Positions 44,832 to 53,910 of a stretch of DNA of 64,000 nt are shown here, piece after piece (position 1 is the stretch's first letter; the number at the start of each line of letters is the position of its first letter). This DNA is from Candidatus Rariloculus sp. (GTDB lineage: Bacteria > Pseudomonadota > Gammaproteobacteria > Steroidobacterales > Rariloculaceae). Made by a program: the position numbers and the translations under genes. The DNA is taken from assembly GCF_965263005.1 (NCBI RefSeq), contig NZ_OZ253579.1, positions 1,731,668 to 1,795,667 on the forward strand, in the 5' to 3' direction. The notes below the pieces were generated by a model. The model saw only the letters and a program-made list of their open reading frames with translations, did no database searches and was not told the origin of the DNA.

Positions 44832-47027
44832 ATGGCTACTCAAAAGGCCTGGTTGCTGGGGATAAGTTTCGTCGCCGGCTGCAGCCAGATGACTCCGGAG
44901 ACACAGGTCATCGAGAGCGCGGCCGAGGCGCTCGGCGGGCGCGACCAGGTGCTCGCGGCTTCGACGCTCGTGATCGAAGGCCAGGGAATGGATGCGGGTG
45001 TCGGCCAGAGCCATGCGCCCGATGGGGAACTCTTTGCCTGGAGTCTCGACGACTATCGGCAGACCCTGGATGTCGCGAACGGTCGCGTGCGAACCGAGGC
45101 CACCAGGGTTCCCAGGTTCGACTTTGTGTTTCTTCAGCAGGCCGTCGATCAGGGCCTGGACGGCGACGTGGCCTACAACGTCGGTGGTAACGGCACGGCG
45201 ACACGCGCACCGGGTGCGGTGGCGACGGCCCGGCGCATCGACATGCTGCACCATCCGCTCACGCTGGTGCGAGCGGCACTCGATGCAACGGCAGTGGTCG
45301 GGAACTTGCGGGAAGACGGCGACGCACAGATGGTCGACATCACCACCTCGGAGGGGGACACGCTTTCATTGACTGTCGACGCGACGGGTCTGCCGATGTC
45401 GGTGACCTCGATGGCGTACAACGCAAATCTCGGTGACGTTGCCAGGGAAACGACGTTCGCAGCATACGACACGGTTGATGGCCTGCGGCTGCCGGCCCGG
45501 ATGACGACAACGCTCGATGGGGTGGTGATTCGCGATATCGAGGTCGCGCAGCAGGCGCTGGACGCCGATGCATCGGCGGCGATGGCTCCGGAGGCCGCGA
45601 GCGCCGCCGATCAGCCGCCCGATTCCGCTGCGGTGAACATTACGGTCGAAGAGATCGGCGCGGGCCTCTGGTTCCTTGGCGGCGAGTCGCATAGCAGCGT
45701 GGTGATGGAGTTCGAGGACCATCTGAAAATATGGGAGGTTCCAGTGGATGATCGCCGGGCGCTGGCGGTGATCGCTCAGGCGCGCGAGTTGCAGCCGGAC
45801 AAGCCGCTGACTCACGCGATCGTCTCGCATCATCATTTCGACCATTCGGGCGGCCTTCGAGCAGCGGTGTCCGAAGGCCTGACAATCATGGCTCATGCCG
45901 ACAACGAGGCTCTGTTCCAAGACCTCGTGGAACGCGGGCATTCGATAGTCGAGGATGCGCTGGCGCGCAATCCGCAGCCACTGACGTTCGTGGGCGTCGA
46001 CGGTTCACTGACACTGAGCGACTCGGCGCTCGACGCCGAGATTCATCACATTGACGGCAACCCGCATGCAACGACGCTTCTGATGATCCACGTCCCGAGC
46101 GAACGGCTACTCATTCAGGCGGACGCCTTCGAACCTGGACCGCCGTTGTTCCCGTTCGCCCAGAACATGGCGGAAAACATCGAACGGCTCGGTCTGGATA
46201 TCGAAACTCATGTGACCGCTCATGGAGGAATCGTCACTCACGAAGAGTTCATGGCGAGCCTCCCGACTAGCGTGGCGTCCGCGTTTTCCGGTGACGGCTC
46301 TGCGCTCATCGATATCTGGTCCGGCGGCGGGACCACGTTCGGGGTCTTCGTGCCGAACGAGGACGGCGTGTTTACGGTCGAAGGGGCCGCGGAGCTCGCC
46401 GGCAACGAGCTGCTCGACTACCTCTTCCTGGATCTCGAGGGCAACTACGACGCGGCGGCCGTGGACGTACTGATCGAGGGGCTTTCGACCGTCGATCTCG
46501 CGGAGCGGCCGACGGTGCTTGTCCGGCTTCCGACGATCGAACAGGCCGGTGAGGAACTCACCGGGCAGCGAGTCGAAGAGGTGCTCTTGCGCGGCGCCGA
46601 CGGCGTGATCTTTCCGCACGTTCTCTCCCCTGAAATGGCGGCCGCTACGGTCGGCTTCTTCGATGCCATCGGTGCGCACGTGTGGAGCCCCGACAACCCG
46701 GACGGCAGGATCGTCTCGATGGTCATGCTCGAAGATCGCGAGGCGATCGAGGCTGCCGCGCAGATCGCCGACGTCGGCGGTTACAGCCTGCTGTCATGCG
46801 GAATCGGCAGCCTCGGCAACGACCTGGGCAGCCCGGAAGCAGCCGAGGAGGGGTGCCTCGTGGTCCAGAACAACGCCGACCGCGTGAACATGCCGAGCAT
46901 GCAGTTGGCATTCGATACGGACGTGCTCGAGCGGCGCATCGATCTGGGTTACAGGGGGATCCTGATGCAGATGAACGACGGAACCGCGGACATCGTCAGG
47001 GCCGGCAGGGCGGCGACGGGGCGGTAG
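44832..47027 (+). CDS. lipoprotein: MBL-fold hydrolase fused to a C-terminal HpcH/HpaI-aldolase-like TIM-barrel domain
   Basis: In ORF 44664..47027. AGGAGAG RBS precedes ATG 44832. Lipobox FVAGC. MBL motif AIVSHHHFDHSGG. The last ~250 aa (DYLFLDLEG...VLVRLP...GADGVIFPHV...SMVMLED...) align loosely with HpcH-family aldolases. Confidence 0.7.
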   Translation: MATQKAWLLGISFVAGCSQMTPETQVIESAAEALGGRDQVLAASTLVIEGQGMDAGVGQSHAPDGELFAWSLDDYRQTLDVANGRVRTEATRVPRFDFVFLQQAVDQGLDGDVAYNVGGNGTATRAPGAVATARRIDMLHHPLTLVRAALDATAVVGNLREDGDAQMVDITTSEGDTLSLTVDATGLPMSVTSMAYNANLGDVARETTFAAYDTVDGLRLPARMTTTLDGVVIRDIEVAQQALDADASAAMAPEAASAADQPPDSAAVNITVEEIGAGLWFLGGESHSSVVMEFEDHLKIWEVPVDDRRALAVIAQARELQPDKPLTHAIVSHHHFDHSGGLRAAVSEGLTIMAHADNEALFQDLVERGHSIVEDALARNPQPLTFVGVDGSLTLSDSALDAEIHHIDGNPHATTLLMIHVPSERLLIQADAFEPGPPLFPFAQNMAENIERLGLDIETHVTAHGGIVTHEEFMASLPTSVASAFSGDGSALIDIWSGGGTTFGVFVPNEDGVFTVEGAAELAGNELLDYLFLDLEGNYDAAAVDVLIEGLSTVDLAERPTVLVRLPTIEQAGEELTGQRVEEVLLRGADGVIFPHVLSPEMAAATVGFFDAIGAHVWSPDNPDGRIVSMVMLEDREAIEAAAQIADVGGYSLLSCGIGSLGNDLGSPEAAEEGCLVVQNNADRVNMPSMQLAFDTDVLERRIDLGYRGILMQMNDGTADIVRAGRAATGR

Positions 47028-47084
47028 ACCGGGCCCGCGCTGCGAACGGACGGTAGCCCGAGCCCAAACGGCGAGCGGCTGACG

Positions 47085-47445
47085 GAGCCGCCGACCCTGC
47101 ACAATCTGGGGTTCGAGTGGTTCATTCAGGGCGATTCGAACCGCAACGCCTCCGTGGCGGTCTCGTACCGGATGCGGGGACAGGCAGGATGGGCCGGAGC
47201 GATGCCGCTGCTGCGCCTGCACGGCGAACGCATCTACGCCGAATCGCGCGTCGATGTGATCGCGCCGAACATGTTCGCCGGCAGCGTGCTCGATCTCGAA
47301 CCGGACACCGAATACGAGGTCCGCTTCGTGATGTCGGATCCCGACGGCGTGCACGGCACCGCCGAACGCGTGCTGGTCGTGAGCACGCGTGCGGAGCCCG
47401 AACCCTGGACCGGCGGCCGCGTCCTTTCACGTCTACCCGCACGGA
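47085..47445 (+). pseudogene. 5'-truncated, frameshifted fragment of a large beta-helix-type secreted protein
   Basis: PPTLHNLGFEWFIQGDSNRNASVAVSYRMRGQAGW...FAGSVLDLEPDTEYEVRFVMSDPDG...TRAEPEPWTGGRV(F)HVYP. No start codon. The frame breaks at ~47432. Confidence 0.45.
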
Positions 47446-47469
47446 CACGACGGCCAGGTGGCGAGGAAT

Positions 47470-47626
47470 TTACGACGATGCCGGGCGGCTCATCGTGGCC
47501 ATAAATTTCAACATGGCCCTTGGCGACGCATGGGAGCACGCCGACGACGCTTACTGTCCTGAGCCCCTGACCGCGCTGGCGTACCGGTTCGGCGTCAACT
47601 ACCTCGTCTATGCAATGACGCACTGA
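47470..47626 (+). pseudogene. DUF4159-like C-terminal fragment
   Basis: End of ORF 47117..47626: IYDDAGRLIVAINFNMALGDAWEHADD...ALAYRFGVNYLVYAMTH*. This matches the ...GxNxxxYAxTH C-terminus I recall for DUF4159. Confidence 0.45.
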
Positions 47627-48266
47627 CGCGCTTGCACCGTTTGGTGCTCGGGAAGCCGTTGCAACGCCCGCCGGTATCGAAGGCGCGCACGGTAACGGAG
47701 ATCCTGCGGCCTCGGTAGCGCTTGAGGCGGGGCAGCTCATGCGTCCATGCGAGGTTGGTCGCGTAGGGCATGATGAAGACATCGCCATCGACGGCGTCGA
47801 GGTCGATGTATCGTCCTTTTCCGCGATAAGGGCGCAGCCTGAAGATCCGCTCCTCGCCAAACGACAACGTCACTATCGGCGCGCCCGCAATGAGGTTGCG
47901 CCGGCTGTCTCGATGTGCGCTGATGTAGTGGCCGAGCGCACCGTCGTACCAGTTGAGCAACAGGCCGTTGAGCCTCGTGTGGACCGTCGCCTTGCACCAT
48001 CCGAGCAACGGTGCGAGCACGCCGGGAATCGGCAGTGCCGGGCTTTCGGATCCGCTGAACACGTAGCTCCTGCCGTAGGCCTGTTGCCAGCGCGGCGTCT
48101 TGACGAGGCGATGGTGCACGCGGATTTCGTGATAGCTCGTCGGGTGCAGCGACCAGATCGCTTCGAACCGGTCGTCGTCGAGAATCAACGAGTCGGGCAG
48201 GCGGCCCAGATAAAGATGATGCCGCTCGTCGAGGTCGATGCGCCTGAAGCCGCCGGGCTTGCTCAA
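47595..48266 (-). CDS. AlkB-like Fe(II)/2-oxoglutarate dioxygenase
   Basis: 223-aa ORF. LLNWYDGALGHYISAHRDS (HxD), WTHELP (His), RISVTVRAF (RxSxTxR). The start overlaps the stop of the upstream ankyrin gene by 4 nt. Confidence 0.8.
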   Translation of the reverse strand: MSKPGGFRRIDLDERHHLYLGRLPDSLILDDDRFEAIWSLHPTSYHEIRVHHRLVKTPRWQQAYGRSYVFSGSESPALPIPGVLAPLLGWCKATVHTRLNGLLLNWYDGALGHYISAHRDSRRNLIAGAPIVTLSFGEERIFRLRPYRGKGRYIDLDAVDGDVFIMPYATNLAWTHELPRLKRYRGRRISVTVRAFDTGGRCNGFPSTKRCKRVSASLHRRGS

Positions 48267-49945
48267 GAAACGCGGTGCCGCCTGGAGTCGAAATCAGTCT
48301 CGGGGAAGCTCATCCCCTGCAGGTTTCTGCCGCGCATGAGCGTGATCGTTTCGGGCGCGGCCAGGTCACAGTCCGCCTGCTGTTGGCACAATCGCTCGAG
48401 CAGCTCGGCCGTGTCCGCGAAAACCTCTATCGTCGAGCCGCGCCCATGTCCTCCGGCGCGTCCGAGCGCCGCATCGACGGGAGTCGAGCCGTCGGCGTCG
48501 ACGACGTCGATCCTCGCGCCGCGCGCGACGAGCTGCTCGACGACTTCATTCCAGCCCCAGAACGCCGCGCCGTAGAGCGCCGTTCGGCCGATCCCCCTCG
48601 AGCCCCCGCGGCGAGCCGTCGTCCGGGCGTTGATATCGGCGCCTGCATCGAGCAGCAGCGTGACGGCTTCGATCGACTTCAGTTCGACGTCGGGCGCCAG
48701 GTAGTGCGGGATACCGGGCCCGTAGCCGCGCGGATCGCACTCGACGGAGCCGTAGCCTGCCGCCGCCATGAGTGGCGTGATTCCGCCGTCGTTCGGCAGC
48801 TCAAGCAGCGCACCGTGGTCGATCAAGAGCTGCATCGCACTCGTGTCGAACGTCTTCGCCGCGCGCAGCAGCGGCGTTGCGCCGATTGTCAGCATTGAGT
48901 CGCAGCCGCGGTCGTCGCCGATATGACGCCAGATCGGATGCATCTTGAGCTGTACGTTGGGGTTAGCGCCGGCCCCGAGCAGGAGCGCGATGATCTCGAG
49001 GCTCGAAGTCTCGTCGACCGAGGGCTGATCGGGCCGTCCCCCGCGCGGCAGCGTATTGACATCGACGGACGAGTAAAGCGGCGTGCGTCCGAGCCAGTCC
49101 CACTTGTTCGGATTCGCGCCGGCTTCGATCAGGAGCTTCGCGGCGTCGAAATTGAAATTGTCGATCGCGAGAAAAAGCGGCGTCACGTTCTTCGGATCCG
49201 GCAGGTCGATGCCGGCGCCCGCTTCGACGAGCAGCCGCGCGCACTCGGCGCAGCCCTCGCGCGCCGCGAACAGCAACGGCGTCAATCCGCCGAACGGCCG
49301 GTACATGCGGCGCGGTTCGCCGGTGACCTGGCGCGGCCAGTCGTTGACGGCGGAGCGCGCGTCAATTTCGGCGCCATGCTCGATGAGGAGCTTGACGAGC
49401 GCGGGCTGCTGCTGGGCGGCGGCCCACATCAGCGCGGTCTGGCCGCGCCACGACTCTCTCGCATTGACGTTCGCGCCGTGCTCGATCAAGAGCCGCGCGG
49501 CTTCGACGCGGCTCGAGCGCGCCACGACCATAAGCGCGGTCTGGCCGTCGGCGGCCGGTGCGTCGATTTCGGCGCCGGCTTCGAGCAGTTTCCCGATGAC
49601 GGCGGGGTTGCCGACGATCACGGCTTCGGCAAGCGGCGTCGAGCCAAAGTCGTTAGCCGCGTTCGGATCGGCTCCGGCCGCGATGAGGCGATCGACGAGG
49701 GTGAGGCTGTCGTGGTAGACGGCCCAGTGCAGTGCCGTGGTGCCGTCGGGCGCAGGCGCCGTGACGTCGGCGCCTTGCTCGATCGCCGCAAGCGCGGCCG
49801 TGACGTCATTGAAGTTCGCCGCGTCGACGAGAGCGCCGTCGGAGTGGGCCGTTGCGGATACGAGGCCGAGTACGGCGAGCGTGACCACGAGCCGCGGCCT
49901 GGCGGCCCGTGGCAAAAGTCCGGCTGCATTCGACCGCCGATGCAT
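48263..49945 (-). CDS. secreted ankyrin-repeat protein
   Basis: In ORF 48263..50092. At least 10 ANK-like repeats (e.g. TALHWAVYHDSLTLVDRLIAAGADPNAAN, TALMVVARSSRVEAARLLIEHGANVNARE). Signal peptide RPRLVVTLAVLGLVSATAHS. The candidate ATG 49945 lies inside repeat copy E, so the start is uncertain. Confidence 0.8.
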   Translation of the reverse strand: MHRRSNAAGLLPRAARPRLVVTLAVLGLVSATAHSDGALVDAANFNDVTAALAAIEQGADVTAPAPDGTTALHWAVYHDSLTLVDRLIAAGADPNAANDFGSTPLAEAVIVGNPAVIGKLLEAGAEIDAPAADGQTALMVVARSSRVEAARLLIEHGANVNARESWRGQTALMWAAAQQQPALVKLLIEHGAEIDARSAVNDWPRQVTGEPRRMYRPFGGLTPLLFAAREGCAECARLLVEAGAGIDLPDPKNVTPLFLAIDNFNFDAAKLLIEAGANPNKWDWLGRTPLYSSVDVNTLPRGGRPDQPSVDETSSLEIIALLLGAGANPNVQLKMHPIWRHIGDDRGCDSMLTIGATPLLRAAKTFDTSAMQLLIDHGALLELPNDGGITPLMAAAGYGSVECDPRGYGPGIPHYLAPDVELKSIEAVTLLLDAGADINARTTARRGGSRGIGRTALYGAAFWGWNEVVEQLVARGARIDVVDADGSTPVDAALGRAGGHGRGSTIEVFADTAELLERLCQQQADCDLAAPETITLMRGRNLQGMSFPETDFDSRRHRVS

Positions 49946-50061
49946 CCCGCCCGGCGGCGTTGCTCGTCGGTCGAATATTCCAGATATTCTCGCTCCTCGC
50001 GCCTTGCCGGGCGGGCGCCTCGACGGTCTCGGTGCGATGCTGGAATTTCGCCACGGGCTGC
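49901..50061. repeat. ~161-bp MITE/REP-like structured element, copy E
   Basis: GGCGGCCCGTGGCAAAAGTC...GAATTTCGCCACGGGCTGC. Full-length alignment with copies A, B and D. Fills the gap between DUF1552 (stop 50096) and the ankyrin gene. Confidence 0.9.
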
Positions 50062-50095
50062 TAGCCCGCGATTCACGCCTGGCGACGCTCACGGC

Positions 50096-51442
50096 TCAGA
50101 CCTCGGTCAGCTCGCCGGTGCTGTCGCCGACCGAGTCGACCGGCACGCCGGCCCGGTCAAGCAGCGTCAGCAGCAGGTTCGCAAGCGGTGTGCGGTCGGG
50201 GTAGCGCAAGTGCTGATTGCCCTTGATCGAACCTGATCCGCTGCCCGCGACGAGCGTCGGCAGAGGAAAATTGTTGTGCGCATTGCTGTTGCTCATGTTG
50301 CTGCCGTACAGCAGGATCGAGTTGTCGAGCACGGAGCCCGCATCGCCGTCGGGTATCTGGGCAAGCTTCGTCAGGAAATCCGCGAAGACCTGCGTGTGGT
50401 AGCGCTGGACGACGACGAGCTTTTCCATCGAACCCTTGTTCTCGGCGTGGTGCGAAAGCGGATGAAACGCGTCCGGTATGCCGACGTGGGTATACGGCTG
50501 ATTGCTGACTTCCGCTGCAAGCATGAAGCTCACGATCCGCGTCATGTTCGCCTGAAACGCCGCGACGATGAGATCGTGCATCAGGCGTATGAGTTCGTCG
50601 AAGTCTGGCCGCACCACTGGCATGTCCGGCAGCGCCACCGATGACAGGTCTCGTTGTGCGAGCAACTCGATGCGCCGCTCGATTTCGCGGACGCTCGCGA
50701 GATAGTCGTCGACGAGCGTGCGGTCCGAGGGGCCGAGCTTGCGCTTGAGGTCGGCCGCTTCGGCGGCCACCATATCGAGCAGGCTCCGGTAATCGTTTGC
50801 GACTTCGCTTCTTTGCTCGGCCGTCTTGCCGCGGCCGAAGATCTTCTCGAACGCCTTGCGCGGCTCGAATTCCATCGGCATCGGAGTCGTCGGCGCGCGG
50901 AACGAAATCGTCTTGCCGTAGCTACAGCCGTAAGTGCCGTCACAGGCCGCGCCGCCGCCTTCCGCCTCGGTCGCAAGCTCGAGCGATGGCAACGGCGTGT
51001 CCTGGCCGATGTGCGCGGCGGCGATCTGGTCGATCGTGACGCCGGCATAAGGCGCGTGGCTTTGCCGCGGATGCTCGCACGAGAGCCACGTCGCGGGCAC
51101 GATCGCGTGTACGGCCGAACTCTCGCCCGGTTTGTTGCCGAGACCGCTCACGACGGTCAGGTAATCCCTGTGCGCGGCCAGGGGCTCGAGTATCGGCTTG
51201 AAGTCGAAATCGGATCCCTCGATGTCCGGGGTCCAGCGGTTCATCTCGGCGCCGAAGCGCGTGTTGTCCATGATCGCGCCGTGGGGCAAATAGAAAAAGC
51301 CCATGCGTGGCCGGGGCGCAGCGGCCGTCTGCGCGAGCGCGGTCGCCGCCGGTACCATCGCGCTCAGAAGCGGCAGCCCGATCGTGGCGCCGCCGGCCCG
51401 CAAAAGCGTCCGGCGCGACAGGTGCTTTTTCGTGATGAACAT
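50096..51442 (-). CDS. DUF1552-family protein (Tat signal)
   Basis: 448-aa ORF. MFITKKHLSRRTLLRAGGATIGLPLLSAM is the characteristic DUF1552 N-terminus. Lies 2 nt downstream of its usual DUF1592-type partner. Confidence 0.8.
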   Translation of the reverse strand: MFITKKHLSRRTLLRAGGATIGLPLLSAMVPAATALAQTAAAPRPRMGFFYLPHGAIMDNTRFGAEMNRWTPDIEGSDFDFKPILEPLAAHRDYLTVVSGLGNKPGESSAVHAIVPATWLSCEHPRQSHAPYAGVTIDQIAAAHIGQDTPLPSLELATEAEGGGAACDGTYGCSYGKTISFRAPTTPMPMEFEPRKAFEKIFGRGKTAEQRSEVANDYRSLLDMVAAEAADLKRKLGPSDRTLVDDYLASVREIERRIELLAQRDLSSVALPDMPVVRPDFDELIRLMHDLIVAAFQANMTRIVSFMLAAEVSNQPYTHVGIPDAFHPLSHHAENKGSMEKLVVVQRYHTQVFADFLTKLAQIPDGDAGSVLDNSILLYGSNMSNSNAHNNFPLPTLVAGSGSGSIKGNQHLRYPDRTPLANLLLTLLDRAGVPVDSVGDSTGELTEV

Positions 51443-51444
51443 CT

Positions 51445-53910
51445 TCAGTCTCCCCGAGCCTGCAGCGCGTCACCGGTACCGGAATCCGGGACGGCCCGCA
51501 TCCGGAACGCCGCGCTCTGGGCTACACCCAGGACGATCGACTCGAAACTATAGCCTGCCGAAGCGGAATCGGCCACGATGCCGCGCACGGTCGGCATGTC
51601 GTAGTACCTGAGACCCCGCCCGAGCCCATATCTCATGAGTTTCTCCGCCAGCGCCTGAACGAACAGTTCGGGCTCCGCCGTGAGCGCGCGGCGCAACTCC
51701 TCGGGATTGTTGACGGGCGTACCGCCGGCAAGCTCGCCCGTCGAATCGATCGGTAGACCGTTCTCTCGCTCCCGTGTCCGCCATTCGCCGATCACGTTGA
51801 AGTTCTCGAGCGCTTGGCCGAGCGGATCGATGACACCGTGGCAGTGGTTGCAGGACGGTTCCGTGCGGTGGCGCGCCAGACGCTCGCGAACCGTACGGGG
51901 GATTTCGCCCGGCGCCGGCGTCAGGTCGGTCTCGACGCCTGCCGGCACCGATGCCGGCGGTGTCGCGATGACGTGCTCCATGATCCATGCGCCGCGCAGC
52001 ACCGGCGATGTGCGGTCAGGATAGGAGGTCACCATCAGGACGCTGGCCTTGCCGAACAGTCCCCAGCGCCGAGTGTCCTCGAGCTCGACGCGCCGGAACC
52101 GGTCGCCGAGGACGTCGCCGATCCCGTAGTGGCGCGCGAGCCGTTCGTTGACGAAGGTGTGGCTCGCCGTGAGCAGCTCGAGCACGCTGCGTTCCTCGCG
52201 CAGGATGCTGTCGAGATAAAGCGCCATTTCCTCCCGGAAGGCACGGCGCAGATCCTCGTCGAAGTTCGGATAGAGCCGCGGGTCGGGGTCGATTGCGTCG
52301 ACGCGGCGCACACCAAGCCACTGGAACGCGAAGTTCGTCACGAGCGAGGCCGAACGTGGGTCGGCCAGCATGCGCCGAACCTGCTGCTCGAGCACGCCCG
52401 GGTCGCTGAGCAAGCGTTGCTCGGCGAGCTCAAGCAGCGTCTCGTCGGGCCCTTGGCTCCAGACAAAGAACGCAAGCCGCCAGGCGAGCTCGAGGTCGCT
52501 GATGGCGTACGCGGCGCCGGGATCGAGCCCGGCCGGGGGCTCCCCGGGCTCGGCACGGTAGAGGAACTTCGTGCTCCCGAGTACAGCCATGACGCCTTTC
52601 TGGATGCCGGTCTCGAAATTTCCTCCGGCGCGACCGGCATCGTAGAAGCCGAGCAGCGGCTCAAGATCGTCGTCGTCGACGGGACGGCGAAACGCCCGGT
52701 AGGCGAGGTTCTGAAGGATCTCCCGGGCGCACGGACTTTCTTCGCTTTCGGTCTGCGGGTAGCAGACGAAGACGCGGTCGCGGCTTTCGGTTGATTCGCC
52801 AATACCGGTCGGGTTGTACGGCCCGGTGATCTCAAGCCCGTAAAGCCGCGGTATGTCGGGTACGCCTTCGCCCGGCGTCAGCGAGCGCAGCAGGTAATCG
52901 CCTTCGGCGAAGCTGCGCGCGACGAAACTCGCCGCGACATTGCGGTGGCCGGCCCTGACGCTGACGCGAATGTTCCTGAAGCGGTTCCTGATCCGATCGA
53001 CGCCCTGGATCTGTTCCTGGTCGAGAGTTCTCGAGTCTTCCTCGCCGCCGATAAAGTCCTCGTATACCTTGGCGCCGTCGATGGTCACGACGAGCCGGTG
53101 GCGGTACTCGAGCCATCCGTAGGGATAGCCCCGCAATTCCGAGCCCGGAATCGAGGAGATACTGAGGCTGATCTCGTATTCGCCGTCGGCCGGAAAGTAG
53201 TGCTCGACGGCCATCCCGCCGCGCGTCCCGAGCGGCAGCCCGGCGATGTGCGTGGTCCGGTTTTCGCGGTCGGAGCGGTAGCCGGTCCGAACCGGTTCGG
53301 GCGCGGCTTCGCCGATGGCAAGGATGCTGATGTCGCGCGCCGCCGCGAGGTATTGGTCGAGATGCGTAGGCGATACGCTCAGCACTTCGGCAATGTTGTC
53401 GAAACCCTCGCTCGCGATGTCGCTCGGAAGCAGTGCTGCGGCGTCGACCCGAATGCCGAAGAGATCCTCGATTGCTCTTGCATACTCGGTGCGGTTCAGC
53501 CGGTGCAGCGCGACGCGGCCGGGCATTGCGCCGCGTGTCGCGGCCTCCTCGTCGAGCGCAACCTCAAGCGAAGCGACCAACGCGTCCACACGTTCGGCGT
53601 CGGGCCGAGGACCGCCGGGCGGTGGCATGAGGTCGCCGCGCAGCTTGCGCACGACTTTCTCCCAGGTCTCGGGGTCGGCGGAGACGTCGTCAGGCACGGC
53701 CGCGTCAAATGACAAGTCGCCAGCGTATTCGGAATCGTTGTGGCAGTCAGTGCAATAACCGTCGAGGATCGGCCAATGGGCCGAAAGGGCGGCGCCGGGC
53801 GGGGCGGCTTGTTCCGCGCAGGCGCCGAGCAGCGCGATGCCGGCGATTCCGGCCGCGGCGCGCAGTCCGCGCGCTGCCAATGGCCTGTGAACCGAGCTAG
53901 AGCGAGCCAT
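51445..53910 (-). CDS. DUF1592/DUF1588/DUF1585-type protein with two CxxCH motifs
   Basis: In ORF 51445..53985. Start at Met-26 (53910) gives a signal peptide. CTDCHNDSEYAGDLSF near the N-terminus and CNHCHGVIDPLG near the C-terminus. Usual partner of DUF1552. Confidence 0.8.
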   Translation of the reverse strand: MARSSSVHRPLAARGLRAAAGIAGIALLGACAEQAAPPGAALSAHWPILDGYCTDCHNDSEYAGDLSFDAAVPDDVSADPETWEKVVRKLRGDLMPPPGGPRPDAERVDALVASLEVALDEEAATRGAMPGRVALHRLNRTEYARAIEDLFGIRVDAAALLPSDIASEGFDNIAEVLSVSPTHLDQYLAAARDISILAIGEAAPEPVRTGYRSDRENRTTHIAGLPLGTRGGMAVEHYFPADGEYEISLSISSIPGSELRGYPYGWLEYRHRLVVTIDGAKVYEDFIGGEEDSRTLDQEQIQGVDRIRNRFRNIRVSVRAGHRNVAASFVARSFAEGDYLLRSLTPGEGVPDIPRLYGLEITGPYNPTGIGESTESRDRVFVCYPQTESEESPCAREILQNLAYRAFRRPVDDDDLEPLLGFYDAGRAGGNFETGIQKGVMAVLGSTKFLYRAEPGEPPAGLDPGAAYAISDLELAWRLAFFVWSQGPDETLLELAEQRLLSDPGVLEQQVRRMLADPRSASLVTNFAFQWLGVRRVDAIDPDPRLYPNFDEDLRRAFREEMALYLDSILREERSVLELLTASHTFVNERLARHYGIGDVLGDRFRRVELEDTRRWGLFGKASVLMVTSYPDRTSPVLRGAWIMEHVIATPPASVPAGVETDLTPAPGEIPRTVRERLARHRTEPSCNHCHGVIDPLGQALENFNVIGEWRTRERENGLPIDSTGELAGGTPVNNPEELRRALTAEPELFVQALAEKLMRYGLGRGLRYYDMPTVRGIVADSASAGYSFESIVLGVAQSAAFRMRAVPDSGTGDALQARGD

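Noticed and set aside
34644-48300. A discrete tRNA-Pro-linked genomic island with defined att sites.
   Set aside because: There is no integrase. I found no direct repeat of the tRNA 3' end by eye. The region is clearly mosaic, but its boundaries cannot be defined from this window.
8424-50061. Whether the recurring ~160-bp sequence is a CRISPR array or encodes a small protein (the MHPGRLRC.SVEYSRYS.SSRLAGRAP... peptides in the ORF track).
   Set aside because: Copies are 4-22 kb apart, 160 bp long and lack a spacer architecture, so it is not a CRISPR. The apparent peptide frame is not preserved between copies (indels shift it in copies D and E). Noncoding is therefore more likely.
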